A stretch of DNA of 31,707 bases from a virus (Duplodnaviria; Caudoviricetes): positions 1 to 31,707 of the IMG/VR virus record IMGVR_UViG_3300025875_000079; one strand, given 5' to 3'. Position numbers and translations under genes: made by a program. Below the pieces are notes generated by a model. The model was not told where the DNA came from and did not search any database. It was given only the letters and a program-made list of their open reading frames with translations. Numbering within the stretch: position 1 is the stretch's first letter; every line of letters begins with the position of its first letter. This document shows, piece after piece, positions 18,116 through 27,084 of this stretch.

Positions 18116-18119
18116 AGGC

Positions 18120-19319
18120 ATGGCAGAGGCTAAAGTCTATATCTCGGGTCCGATTGTGGCTGACAGCGCCGAGGCTGAGGCCTGCGGCTATGGCTATCCC
18201 TATACCACGCTCGAAGACGTGACCATGCAGCTCGAATGGCAAAAGCCGTTCGACAGCGTGCGCGCCGTCATCAACTCGCCCGGCGGGCGCGTCGACGTGG
18301 GCCTGGGTATCTACGACTTCCTGCGTAGCCTGCCCGGCGTCACCATCACCACCGAGGCATTAGGGCAGTGCTCCAGTATTGCCACCGCTATCATGCTGGC
18401 GGGTAGCGTGCGTCTGATTCACCAGCACACCGTTTGCCTGGTACACCTGCCCCGCGGCGGCGTAATCGGAGCCACGGCTTCTGAGGCGCAAAAGTGGGCA
18501 AATGAGATGGCCGCCTGCCAGCAGAAGCTTATCGACCTCTACGTGGATCGTACTGGCCGCTCAGAAGCGGAGATGGCGGCCGTCATGGCAGAGGAGGTGG
18601 AGCAATCTGCGGAATCTATGCTGGCCCTGGGCTTTGCCACGCAGATTGTGCAGCCCGTCACGGCGCTGGCCATTGCCCCTCCTAAAACCGCACTTGTTCA
18701 ACCTAAAACGGCCGCTGCCTCGTCAGATTCGGCCCTTACCACTATGGCCAACGAATTTAAAGACTTCCTCAAGTCCCTTAAAAACGCAGTTACCAACCTC
18801 GAAAAGGTGGCGACCACCAACCTCTCCGTCACGACCGTGGGTGGCGACTCGCTCACTATCGCCACCGGTGACCGGGACACCTACGCCGAAGGCGACATGG
18901 TAACGGATGCGGCCGGCGCGAACGTGGCCGATGGCAGCTACGACCTGTCGGATGGCAACACCATCACCACGGCCGCTGGCGCTATCACCAGCATCGTGGC
19001 GACGACTACCGACACGGCCACAACAGACAGTGCCGACCCGGCCGACGTGACTGCCCTGGCCGAGGCCGTGGTGGCGCTCACCGGCGTGATGACCAACATG
19101 GCCAATGATATTTCGGCCCTGAAAAACGACCGCACCGCCATCACGAACCTGACCACGAAGGTGAATGCGCTGGTGAAGTCAGGTGGTAAGGTGAACCTCG
19201 ACGACAACGCGGAGACGAAGACTACCAAGTCAGATACATCCGAGTCGATAAACCACCACGACGACGCGGCCAAGCGCCGCGAAGAGCGCGAAAAGAAAAA
19301 ACACGGCCGCACGCTGTAG
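18120..19319 (+). CDS. ClpP-like prohead protease fused to a scaffold-like C-terminal region
   Basis: INSPGG.V..G..IYD.L, CSSIAT (catalytic Ser) and LVHLP. T/A/D-rich coiled C-terminal half. Directly upstream of the capsid gene. Confidence 0.9.
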   Translation: MAEAKVYISGPIVADSAEAEACGYGYPYTTLEDVTMQLEWQKPFDSVRAVINSPGGRVDVGLGIYDFLRSLPGVTITTEALGQCSSIATAIMLAGSVRLIHQHTVCLVHLPRGGVIGATASEAQKWANEMAACQQKLIDLYVDRTGRSEAEMAAVMAEEVEQSAESMLALGFATQIVQPVTALAIAPPKTALVQPKTAAASSDSALTTMANEFKDFLKSLKNAVTNLEKVATTNLSVTTVGGDSLTIATGDRDTYAEGDMVTDAAGANVADGSYDLSDGNTITTAAGAITSIVATTTDTATTDSADPADVTALAEAVVALTGVMTNMANDISALKNDRTAITNLTTKVNALVKSGGKVNLDDNAETKTTKSDTSESINHHDDAAKRREEREKKKHGRTL

Positions 19320-19361
19320 TCGCAGAAGGCCCTTCCTCTAAACCTTTTATTTCTCTAAAAA

Positions 19362-20468
19362 ATGGCTAACACCATTCTCGACTACGGCTGGGTGAGCGGC
19401 AACGCGCCCTTCTACGGACCGGAAGAATTCCGCGCCTACATCCTTAAATCCATCATGGAAGACCCGTTGCTGACGGCCATCATGAAAATTGAGGATGGCA
19501 TCAAGGCCAAGATGGACGTGGGCTTTGTGGGCCGCTTCGAAAAGGTCACGCACCTCGACCCTGGTTGCGGCGCGGAAGCCACCACCCCGCGCATTCCCTT
19601 CGACAAGCTCACCTGGGACCCGAAGCCGATGCTGGCCTGGATTAAGGAGTGCGCGTACGACCTGGACAGCACCTTCCTGGCCTGGGGCATGGACAATGGC
19701 TACAAGCGCGATGATTTGCAAAACACGCTCATCAAAATCAAGCGTGGTAGCCTGGTGCCCGGCGACGCGGGTACCGAAACCGCCGTTTCCTACTGGTCGG
19801 AGTTCGTGCAGGACATGTTCGTGTCGGCCATCAAGCGCGACATCTACCGCTTCGTACTGCTGGGCGATACCGCCATCACGGCCGCTAAGCTCACGAACGG
19901 CGAAGATGATGTGAAGAACTACAACGCCATCAACGGCCTGTTCCAGCAGGTCTTCAACGCCGGCCCCGACCTGCGCGCCTACGAGATTGCTGCGAACGTA
20001 GCAGATGACCAAACGCTACCCGCTGGCGAGTCCTACAAGATTTTCAAGGCATTGGTGAATGCTGCCGAAGGGGAGCTAGAGGGCGCCGACGACAAGATTC
20101 TGCTGTGCACCAGTTCCATTGCCGGCAACTGGGTCGACTACCGCGAGAGCAACGACAAGCTGGAAACCAGCTGGAAATTACAGGAAGGTGTGCTGGTGTC
20201 GCCCACGTTCCGCGGCGTGCCCATCATCAAGGTGCCCGACCTCGACAAGATTTTGAAGCGCGACTTCAAGTTGGAGGGCAAGGTAGACCTGCCCCACCGC
20301 GCCGTGCTCACTACTCGTGGCAACCTGCGCGCCGGCTTCGATAGCTACGACGCTGCCACCGAGGTAGACGCTTGGTACAATCGCGAAACCCGCTACACGC
20401 ACATGCGCAGCATGTTCAAGTTCGACGCCAAAGTGATGACGTCCGACCTGATCGTGGCAGCCTACTAG
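19362..20468 (+). CDS. Major capsid protein
   Basis: 368 aa after the protease, strongly biased codons, FVLLGDT...YNAINGLF motif, followed by a terminator. Confidence 0.85.
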   Translation: MANTILDYGWVSGNAPFYGPEEFRAYILKSIMEDPLLTAIMKIEDGIKAKMDVGFVGRFEKVTHLDPGCGAEATTPRIPFDKLTWDPKPMLAWIKECAYDLDSTFLAWGMDNGYKRDDLQNTLIKIKRGSLVPGDAGTETAVSYWSEFVQDMFVSAIKRDIYRFVLLGDTAITAAKLTNGEDDVKNYNAINGLFQQVFNAGPDLRAYEIAANVADDQTLPAGESYKIFKALVNAAEGELEGADDKILLCTSSIAGNWVDYRESNDKLETSWKLQEGVLVSPTFRGVPIIKVPDLDKILKRDFKLEGKVDLPHRAVLTTRGNLRAGFDSYDAATEVDAWYNRETRYTHMRSMFKFDAKVMTSDLIVAAY

Positions 20469-20492
20469 GCTAGCCGCTCCGACTGCTTGAAT

Positions 20493-20522
20493 AGGCCCGC
20501 CCACGCCGGGCGGGCCTTTTTT
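20493..20522 (+). terminator. Intrinsic terminator after the capsid gene
   Basis: AGGCCCGCCC-ACGCC-GGGCGGGCCT followed by TTTTT. Confidence 0.9.
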
Positions 20523-20553
20523 CTTTTTCAGCAACCTCTTTTTCTCTACGACT

Positions 20554-21132
20554 ATGGCACTATCCTGTGGCCAACTCAAGCGCGGCTTGCCGCCCGTATG
20601 CGAGCCCGCCGCCGGCGGTCTGAGCACCAAGCTGGTATTGATCCGGAAGGATGATATCGTTTCCGCTACCCGCAACGCTACCGTGCGCAAGGGCGTGGCC
20701 CTAGCCTTGGCCGATACCAAGAAAGGCTTCCTCTTCCAGGGCCTGGCCGACAGCAACACGGCCCGCGTAACGCTGAGCCCCGGCAAGTACGGCCCGAAGT
20801 ACAACCACGAAATTGATTTCGCTACGTTCGCCAACACGCCCGAAAACGTGGAGACGATTGAAGACCTGGCCAAGGACAAGGTAGTGGGGGTGATTCTGGC
20901 CAACGATGGCTACTACAAAATATACGGCCTCGGTGCCGGCCTGGGCCTAAGCAAGGACACCAGCGACACCAGCAACGAAGATTTGGGCGCCGGCTCGGAG
21001 CAAACGCTTTCCTCGACGAAAGAAGGTGGCCGCGAAGATTTCCTGATGGTGTTTGACGTGGAGGGTAATTACGACCCGGCCGCTACTAAGGCGCTGTTTG
21101 ACAGCTTCTACGACGTTCCGGTAGCCGCTTAA
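20554..21132 (+). CDS. Major tail (tube) protein, putative
   Basis: 192 aa, N-terminal C...C..AGGL, YKIYGLGAGL, beta-rich; position after the capsid gene. Confidence 0.65.
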   Translation: MALSCGQLKRGLPPVCEPAAGGLSTKLVLIRKDDIVSATRNATVRKGVALALADTKKGFLFQGLADSNTARVTLSPGKYGPKYNHEIDFATFANTPENVETIEDLAKDKVVGVILANDGYYKIYGLGAGLGLSKDTSDTSNEDLGAGSEQTLSSTKEGGREDFLMVFDVEGNYDPAATKALFDSFYDVPVAA

Positions 21133-21142
21133 TTATCCGGTA

Positions 21143-21736
21143 TTGCACGTGGCATATTCTAGTGAATTGGGTGAGTGGGTGAACCGCGCCAGTCAGCTTC
21201 GGCTGACTGGCGCCAGCCACGCTACCCCCTCGGAAATAGCCGCCGTGCACGCCGGTATCTGGCCCCGCGCCGAAGCCGTGCGCGTGACTTGCCCGCGGTG
21301 TTATGGCTCCGCCTACTTCCGCATTCTACGCTGGCTGGGCAGCCAGTCAACTCCTTCCACTTCAACCCCTACGACTATGGCTGAGGCCACCCAGACTTCC
21401 CCGAAGAAATATCAGTTCCACCAGGACACTACCAGCTACCGCCCCTTCGGTTCGCCGGTGGTGTATTCGAATGCTAACCTGACGGACACCATTGCCGGGC
21501 GCATTCTGACCGCTGATCCTTCGGCAGAAAAGCTATTCAAGGTGAATGAGTCGGTCGAAGTACCGCCCGTAGCCCTTACGCTGGCTGAGCAAACGGCAGA
21601 ACTCGACAAGCTCAAGCGCGACGAACTGGACGCACTCTACCTGAGCGAAGTAGCCGACAGCGACCCCAAGGCCTTCGCCAATAAAGGCGACCTGATTGCC
21701 TCGTTGCTGCAGGTTCGTGCTACCCTGAAAAAGTAG
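21143..21736 (+). CDS. Phage protein with a CxxC N-terminal region and an HeH/Rho-N-like C-terminus (start uncertain)
   Basis: TCPRCYGSAY; C-terminal LDKLKRDELDAL...NKGDLIASLL; in-frame internal ATG at 21377. Confidence 0.55.
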   Translation: MHVAYSSELGEWVNRASQLRLTGASHATPSEIAAVHAGIWPRAEAVRVTCPRCYGSAYFRILRWLGSQSTPSTSTPTTMAEATQTSPKKYQFHQDTTSYRPFGSPVVYSNANLTDTIAGRILTADPSAEKLFKVNESVEVPPVALTLAEQTAELDKLKRDELDALYLSEVADSDPKAFANKGDLIASLLQVRATLKK

Positions 21737-21742
21737 TAGCCC

Positions 21743-22987
21743 GTGCCCCTGACCACGCAACAAGTGCAGAAGCAAGCTATTCGGGCGCAGGCACCCCTGC
21801 GCCCGAATATTGTGGTCTTCAACTCCAACGTCGACTATCAGCGCTGGGGAGATGATGACCGCTACCCGCAGCGCCTGATTGAGGCGTCAGCGGGCAGCGG
21901 GACGGCTTCGGTATGCGTGGATACGAAGGCGAAGTTTATCGAGGGCAATGGCTTCAACGACGAAACCTTCTACCAGGCGGAAATCAACGAAGATGGCGAA
22001 ACCGTCGACGAGCTGTTCAGCATCAGCACGCAGGACACGTCGCAGCTGGAGGGCTACGCCCTGCTGGTAAACATCAACGGCAACGGCCATCCCTGCGAGG
22101 TATTTCGGGCGCCATTTGAAAAGTGGCGGCCCGATAAAAGCAGCCCGAAGCAGTACGCCTACCTGCTCAATCAGATCAGCGACCCCACCAAGGGCCGTCG
22201 CTACCGCAAAGCCGACGCGGTGAAGCATCCGGTGTTCAACCCCAGGGAAAAGCCGGAAGAGCGGGCAGCCCGCGCCAACGGCTGGAAGGATAAGGAGGGT
22301 AACCTGGTCGGGCTGAAAGGCTACCCGGGAGAGGTGTACTACTGGTGGCGTAAGCGCCCCGGCGCGCATCACCACCCGCGGCCCATCTACGACTCGGTGC
22401 TGGAGGATATCTACGCGGAGGCCCGGCTGAAGGTGAGTCGCCACGGTGACATTGCCGAGGGCTTCGGTGGCCAGGTGCAAATCACGGAGTACGGCAATGC
22501 CGACCCTTCGGATGAAGTGCTGGAGGCCAACGCCGCCAAATACGGCAACATGGTAGGCGAAAACCGCGCGCGGGTAACCGTGCAATACGCGACCAGCAAG
22601 GACGTGAAGCCCGACATCGACTCGCTACCTGCCCCCGATGCCAGCAAGCGCTACGCAACGGATGAGGAAGCCATCAAGGTCAACATCCGGGAAGTATTCC
22701 AGCTGCCCAGCGCGGTCATTGGCCGCGAAGTAGCTGGCAAGCTCGGCACCTCGGATGAGTTCGGCAACGCCGTGAAGTACGTGCAGCGCATGGTCATCAA
22801 CCGGGAGCAGCGGGCGCTGGAGCGCGGCTACGAGGCCGTGTTTCGCACCTTCCAGCGCGCCGACGGCTCGCAGCCCTTCCTGCAACAGCAGGACTTCTCG
22901 ATCCAAAACCTGACCCTGGAACAGGCCGCCAGCCTGACCACCGGGGCCAACAACACCGGCGCGAATGCAGCAGCTACTACTTCTTAA
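21743..22987 (+). CDS. Portal protein
   Basis: 414 aa with WGDDDRYPQ.L......SGTA..C......FIEGNGF, PRPIY and IREVFQLP...G....GKLG. Confidence 0.85.
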   Translation: MPLTTQQVQKQAIRAQAPLRPNIVVFNSNVDYQRWGDDDRYPQRLIEASAGSGTASVCVDTKAKFIEGNGFNDETFYQAEINEDGETVDELFSISTQDTSQLEGYALLVNINGNGHPCEVFRAPFEKWRPDKSSPKQYAYLLNQISDPTKGRRYRKADAVKHPVFNPREKPEERAARANGWKDKEGNLVGLKGYPGEVYYWWRKRPGAHHHPRPIYDSVLEDIYAEARLKVSRHGDIAEGFGGQVQITEYGNADPSDEVLEANAAKYGNMVGENRARVTVQYATSKDVKPDIDSLPAPDASKRYATDEEAIKVNIREVFQLPSAVIGREVAGKLGTSDEFGNAVKYVQRMVINREQRALERGYEAVFRTFQRADGSQPFLQQQDFSIQNLTLEQAASLTTGANNTGANAAATTS

Positions 22988-23495
22988 GGAAGACTTCGCG
23001 GCCTACGCGGATCTGCCCGACTCGCTGGACATGAAGCGGCTCACCCCGCACATACTGGCCGTGCAGCGCGCCCGCCTACGGCCCCTGCTGACGGAAAATC
23101 TTTACGACGAGCTGCTACGCCTGCAAAAGGATGGCACGCTAACGGAGCCCTACCTGAGCCTGCTGGCTAAGGTGGTGCCGGTGCTATGCCTGGCCTCGCT
23201 GGCCCGCTACATGCCGTTTGCGCAAGCCACCATCACCAGCAACAGCCTGGTGCGCAAGGACAGCCAGTACAGCACCGCACTGGAGGGCCGCGACCTGGCG
23301 CGCATGGCCACTATCTACGACAACGAAGCGCTGGGCTACGAGGTGGAGCTCAGCGCCTGGCTGTTAGCCCACGCCAAAGACTTTGGGGAGTTCTACCCCG
23401 CCAATACCTGTGGCTGCGGAAGCGCTGCCCCCGGCCGCACGCCCTCGGTGGTGGTGCAGCCCATTCGCCGCCCGAACGCTTACCGCTACCGCTAA
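22965..23495 (+). CDS. Head-tail adaptor (DUF6712-like), putative
   Basis: 176 aa helical protein with LRPLLTENLYDEL, overlapping the portal 3' end. Confidence 0.6.
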   Translation: MQQLLLLKEDFAAYADLPDSLDMKRLTPHILAVQRARLRPLLTENLYDELLRLQKDGTLTEPYLSLLAKVVPVLCLASLARYMPFAQATITSNSLVRKDSQYSTALEGRDLARMATIYDNEALGYEVELSAWLLAHAKDFGEFYPANTCGCGSAAPGRTPSVVVQPIRRPNAYRYR

Positions 23496-23533
23496 GCTGC
23501 CCCGACACCTGCCCACTGCCACCGTGAAGCCTT

Positions 23534-24370
23534 GTGAATCCATGTCTGCTCTCGCTCTTCTGCTTTGCCTCTTCGCCGCCGGTAGTGGACACGCTGGCAG
23601 CGGTGGGGCGACTGCCCTCGCCCCCAGTGGACGTGAGCCAGCAGACCTTGCAAAACGATCTGTGGGCGTTCGTGAAGACGATGCCCCCATTTCTGGCCTT
23701 CTGCGCCATAGTGGTGTGGCTGCTACTCTACTTGTTCAAGAGCGAGGCCAAGGCCGCCGCCGTGCAGTTGGTCAGGTGGGTCATCGGCCTGGTGAAGGAG
23801 TCAACGGCCAGCCACAAGTCGCTGATGACGGTGCAGGAGCACGAAGCGCAGGCCGAACGGCAGGCCCGCCTGCACCAGTACACGCAGCATATTGCCGACC
23901 GGCTGGGCTGCGACCACGCCACGGTCTACGGCAGCAAGAACGGCGAGTACCTGAAAAATCAGGACTCTATCGAGAAGCTGTTCATGCTCTCGGAGGCCGT
24001 ACCGAATGCCGCGCCCGACGCGCCCCGCTACATGCAGATTCAGCGCGAAATCTACGTCTCCGACATTGCCGGCCTGTGGCTGGCCGTGTGTCGCAACCCC
24101 TACGTGGTGCGCCAGCAGGGCGAGGCATTGGACGCCTTCACCAACCTGACCATGCGCCAGCGCCGCTACCGCACCATCGTGTGCGTGCTTATTACCAGTC
24201 CCTTGCCCGGTGGTGGCCGGCTGGTGCTGGGGCTGCTGAGCTGCGCCTGGAAGGGCTTTCACCTGCACCCGGCGGGCGAGCCCCCGCCGTGCGTGACGCC
24301 GCAGATGGAAGCGTTGCTGCAGCAGTTCCACGCCGACTTGTCCGACTTACTGGCCCCCTTACCGCACTAG
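23534..24370 (+). CDS. Single-TM protein with a GAF-like soluble domain, holin candidate
   Basis: TM FLAFCAIVVWLLLYLF, then LGCDHATVYGSKNG...VLGLLSCAW. First gene of the lysis region. Confidence 0.5.
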   Translation: MNPCLLSLFCFASSPPVVDTLAAVGRLPSPPVDVSQQTLQNDLWAFVKTMPPFLAFCAIVVWLLLYLFKSEAKAAAVQLVRWVIGLVKESTASHKSLMTVQEHEAQAERQARLHQYTQHIADRLGCDHATVYGSKNGEYLKNQDSIEKLFMLSEAVPNAAPDAPRYMQIQREIYVSDIAGLWLAVCRNPYVVRQQGEALDAFTNLTMRQRRYRTIVCVLITSPLPGGGRLVLGLLSCAWKGFHLHPAGEPPPCVTPQMEALLQQFHADLSDLLAPLPH

Positions 24371-24371
24371 C

Positions 24372-24680
24372 ATGAGCAAACTCCTACTCATCCTGCGCAA
24401 GTCCTTTCAGGATGCCCGCGGCAACTACGACGGCAAGCTGCTCACCCTGGCCGGCTTTTCAGGGCTGGCCATGCTCCAGCTACCCATTGGCTGGATCTGG
24501 CAGCGCTGGATGCCCGAATACATCTGGAGCCCGCTGCTGCTATTTCTGGCCGCGGGCTTCGGAATTGACGCCTACGTGACGCGGGCCAAGATCAAAGCCG
24601 AGGCCGGGCCGGCGCTTGTCGAACAAGCCGACACGGTGAACGTGACCACTCAACCCGACCTACCACCATCAACACCCTAA
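24372..24680 (+). CDS. Two-TM membrane protein, holin candidate
   Basis: 102 aa with two hydrophobic helices, near the endolysin. Confidence 0.55.
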   Translation: MSKLLLILRKSFQDARGNYDGKLLTLAGFSGLAMLQLPIGWIWQRWMPEYIWSPLLLFLAAGFGIDAYVTRAKIKAEAGPALVEQADTVNVTTQPDLPPSTP

Positions 24681-24684
24681 CCCG

Positions 24685-24894
24685 GTGATCAACCTCAACC
24701 CCTGGCTACCCTGGCCGGCCACGCTGGAGCACCGGGCCTACGACGTGCACCTGATCGGGCCGGACAATGCCGTGCTCTACAACATCTGGCCTACCAACAA
24801 GGGCCGCTTTTACAAGCCCGGCACCGGCTTCGTGCCTGAGCATATCATTCAGGCCGTGCGCCTGAGCATTGAACCCGAATCCAGCCGACTATGA
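24685..24894 (+). CDS. Hypothetical protein
   Basis: 69 aa filling the gap; ATGA-coupled to the endolysin. Confidence 0.55.
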   Translation: MINLNPWLPWPATLEHRAYDVHLIGPDNAVLYNIWPTNKGRFYKPGTGFVPEHIIQAVRLSIEPESSRL

Positions 24895-25457
24895 AAAAGC
24901 CCTCTCTTACCCTCGCTGATTATAAGGCCGCCGCGCATGTGCTGGGCTGCGACGTAGCGGCCGTGCGCGCCGTAACCGCCGTTGAATCCAGTGGCCAGGG
25001 CTTCCTTGCCGATGGCCGCCTGGTGCTGCGCTTCGAGCCCCACATCTTTTCGCGCTACACCAAGGGACTCTTCGACGAGGCCTACCCGCACCTGTCCTAC
25101 CCCCGCTGGGTAACGGGCTACCCCAAGTCCATCAACCACAGCTACGAGCTGTTTCGGGAAGCGGTAAGCCTGAGCCCCTACTACGCGGGCCTGAGCTGCA
25201 GCTACGGGTTATTTCAGGTAATGGGCTTCAACTTCACCACCTGCGGCTGCAAGACTTTCAAGGAGTTCTACCAAAAGATGGAGGAAAGCGAAGCCTCCCA
25301 GCTGCTGCTGTTCTGCCGCTACGTGCAGCTGGCCGGCCTCGACGACGAATTGCGCGACCACCGCTGGGCCAGCTTTGCCCGCGCCTGGAACGGCGCCCTC
25401 TACCAGCGCAACCGCTACGACCAGAAGCTAGCCCAGGCGCACGCCCGCTACGCATAG
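24891..25457 (+). CDS. Endolysin, N-acetylmuramidase (DUF3380/Muramidase family)
   Basis: AVTAVESSGQGF...FEPHIF, SYGLFQVMGFN and W..FARAWNG..Y..N.YD.KL. Confidence 0.93.
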   Translation: MKKPSLTLADYKAAAHVLGCDVAAVRAVTAVESSGQGFLADGRLVLRFEPHIFSRYTKGLFDEAYPHLSYPRWVTGYPKSINHSYELFREAVSLSPYYAGLSCSYGLFQVMGFNFTTCGCKTFKEFYQKMEESEASQLLLFCRYVQLAGLDDELRDHRWASFARAWNGALYQRNRYDQKLAQAHARYA

Positions 25458-25491
25458 TCGCTTCACTCACTTCACTTATAAGCTAAGTACC

Positions 25492-25713
25492 ATGTCCAAC
25501 ACAACCCGTTTTATCCTGATTGCCTTCGGTCTTGCTGCCTTCCTGGCGCTGTTCGTGGTGGATTTCAACGTGCACGGCGTGGCCACCTGGTGGTCGTACG
25601 TGACCTTCGCTGCAGGCTTTGCGAGCGTGATGGGCCTCGTAATTCGCGCCGCAGGCAACGTGGCCAACGATAGCAAGAAAGCCGACAACATCACCCGCAA
25701 CGACTTCTTATGA
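25492..25713 (+). CDS. Small two-TM membrane protein
   Basis: 73 aa with two hydrophobic helices and a charged C-terminus. Confidence 0.65.
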   Translation: MSNTTRFILIAFGLAAFLALFVVDFNVHGVATWWSYVTFAAGFASVMGLVIRAAGNVANDSKKADNITRNDFL

Positions 25714-26108
25714 ACTGGTATCTACTTCTGCTACCAGCCTACGTGCTGGTGGATGCCTACGCCCAGGCCCACATCACCATGCTTTTCCGGCTCTACGTGC
25801 CGCCCGCCCATCAGGAGCTGATCAATCAGGTCCTGCACCGCGCCATACCGCTGCTCTACGTGCTGCTCACGGTGGCCGTGTGCCGCGGCTGGTGGCCTGG
25901 CTACGTGGTGGCGCTGCTGGTGCGGGTGGCGCTGTTTGACCCGGTGCTGAATCTGGTGAAGGGTGATTTCCTCTTCTATGTCGGTAGCAGTGCCTGGCTG
26001 GATAAGACGCTTCGTCAGCTCACGCCCGAGTCGGGTGGGGAGTTGGCCAGCGTGTTGCTGCGGGTGTTGGCGCTGGCTGGTGCTATCACACTCTTTTTTC
26101 TTCTGTAG
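25710..26108 (+). CDS. Multi-pass membrane protein
   Basis: 132 aa with 3-4 hydrophobic segments; ATGA overlap. Confidence 0.65.
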   Translation: MNWYLLLLPAYVLVDAYAQAHITMLFRLYVPPAHQELINQVLHRAIPLLYVLLTVAVCRGWWPGYVVALLVRVALFDPVLNLVKGDFLFYVGSSAWLDKTLRQLTPESGGELASVLLRVLALAGAITLFFLL

Positions 26109-26110
26109 CC

Positions 26111-26287
26111 ATGACCCAGACCGAAAAAGACCGCAAGGTGCGCGTGCTCGATGCCCGCATTAAGCTGCTGCAAGCCCAGAAAGCCGACTTGCAGGCCCGG
26201 CCAGCTGATAAGCCCAAGCCCGCTACTAAGCCAAAGGCTAAGCCCGTGGTGAAGAAGAAAACCCCGAAACGTACGCCGAAACCATGA
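26111..26287 (+). CDS. Small basic Lys/Pro-rich protein (absent from the ORF track)
   Basis: 58 aa MTQTEKDRKVRVLDARIKLLQAQKADLQARPADKPKPATKPKAKPVVKKKTPKRTPKP. It starts 2 bp after the previous stop and is ATGA-coupled to the next gene. Confidence 0.75.
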   Translation: MTQTEKDRKVRVLDARIKLLQAQKADLQARPADKPKPATKPKAKPVVKKKTPKRTPKP

Positions 26288-27084
26288 AACCATTCGCCTA
26301 CCTCTTCTCCGTGCTCTGGCTGGCCCTGCTGCTGGTGTGCTGCTCTCCTGCCCTGCACAACGTGCTCGACCCACCGCCGGGCAAACGGCCGCCTACCAGT
26401 AGCCCCACCGACGAGGCCAGCGCCAACCCCGACAGCGCCGCCGCGCCCTGGGAGCAGCCGGCGGTGAAGGCCGCCCCGCTCAGCTGGGCCGAACGCCTGC
26501 GCCGGCTGACCCGCACCAACAAGCCATTGGCCGCTGCGTACGGGGTGCTACCCGGCAAGAAGGTGAAGAACAGCACTATCATTATCCAGACGGGCACCGG
26601 TAACGGTACGGGCACGGTAGGCGACACCAAGCTAAAGGGCAGCCAGATGGCTACCGACAGCAGCGTGCTCAACGTGGCCGGCACTGGTGGCAACATTGCG
26701 GCCACCAGGGGCAACGGCAACAGCACCGAACAGAAGCCGACCGTAACCACCGAGGAAGCTCCAGACTGGAAAGCTACCCTAGCCGGCCCCGTAGGCTGGG
26801 TGTTGGGGCTGGTGGCGCTGGCGGCCGTGGTGTACGGGGGCGTGCGCTACTACAGTTGGCGCAAGGCCCGCGCCCTGGTAGCCATCTTGCTGCTGGTGAG
26901 CCTAAGCCTGCCCGCCCTGAGCTGCACCCGGCGCGGCTACTCCTATAAGGAAGCCCGCCAAACGGAACGCAAGTACAACCGGGTTGTGCGCTACTATAAG
27001 CAGAAGAACCGCCGGGACACTAGAGAGCTACGGCGCTACAACCGCACGCACCGGCTACCGAATGCGAGTGCGGAACGGAAGTAG
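26284..27084 (+). CDS. Unimolecular spanin candidate (N-terminal lipoprotein signal, C-terminal TM) with an extra C-terminal extension
   Basis: MKPF...LLLVCC signal, G/T/N-rich linker, TM WVLGLVALAAVVYGGV, second hydrophobic segment ending ALSC. Last gene of the lysis cassette. Confidence 0.55.
   Translation: MKPFAYLFSVLWLALLLVCCSPALHNVLDPPPGKRPPTSSPTDEASANPDSAAAPWEQPAVKAAPLSWAERLRRLTRTNKPLAAAYGVLPGKKVKNSTIIIQTGTGNGTGTVGDTKLKGSQMATDSSVLNVAGTGGNIAATRGNGNSTEQKPTVTTEEAPDWKATLAGPVGWVLGLVALAAVVYGGVRYYSWRKARALVAILLLVSLSLPALSCTRRGYSYKEARQTERKYNRVVRYYKQKNRRDTRELRRYNRTHRLPNASAERK

Noticed and set aside
1593-22987. Portal far from terminase as a novel arrangement
   Set aside because: As I recall, this order is common in Bacteroidota temperate phages, so it is not treated as novel.
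23383-24375. 330-aa alternative-frame ORF, and similar long shadow ORFs at 16543-17178, 19347-20012, 20178-20903 and 21887-22585
   Set aside because: They overlap well-supported genes and show shadow-frame composition expected in GC-rich DNA.
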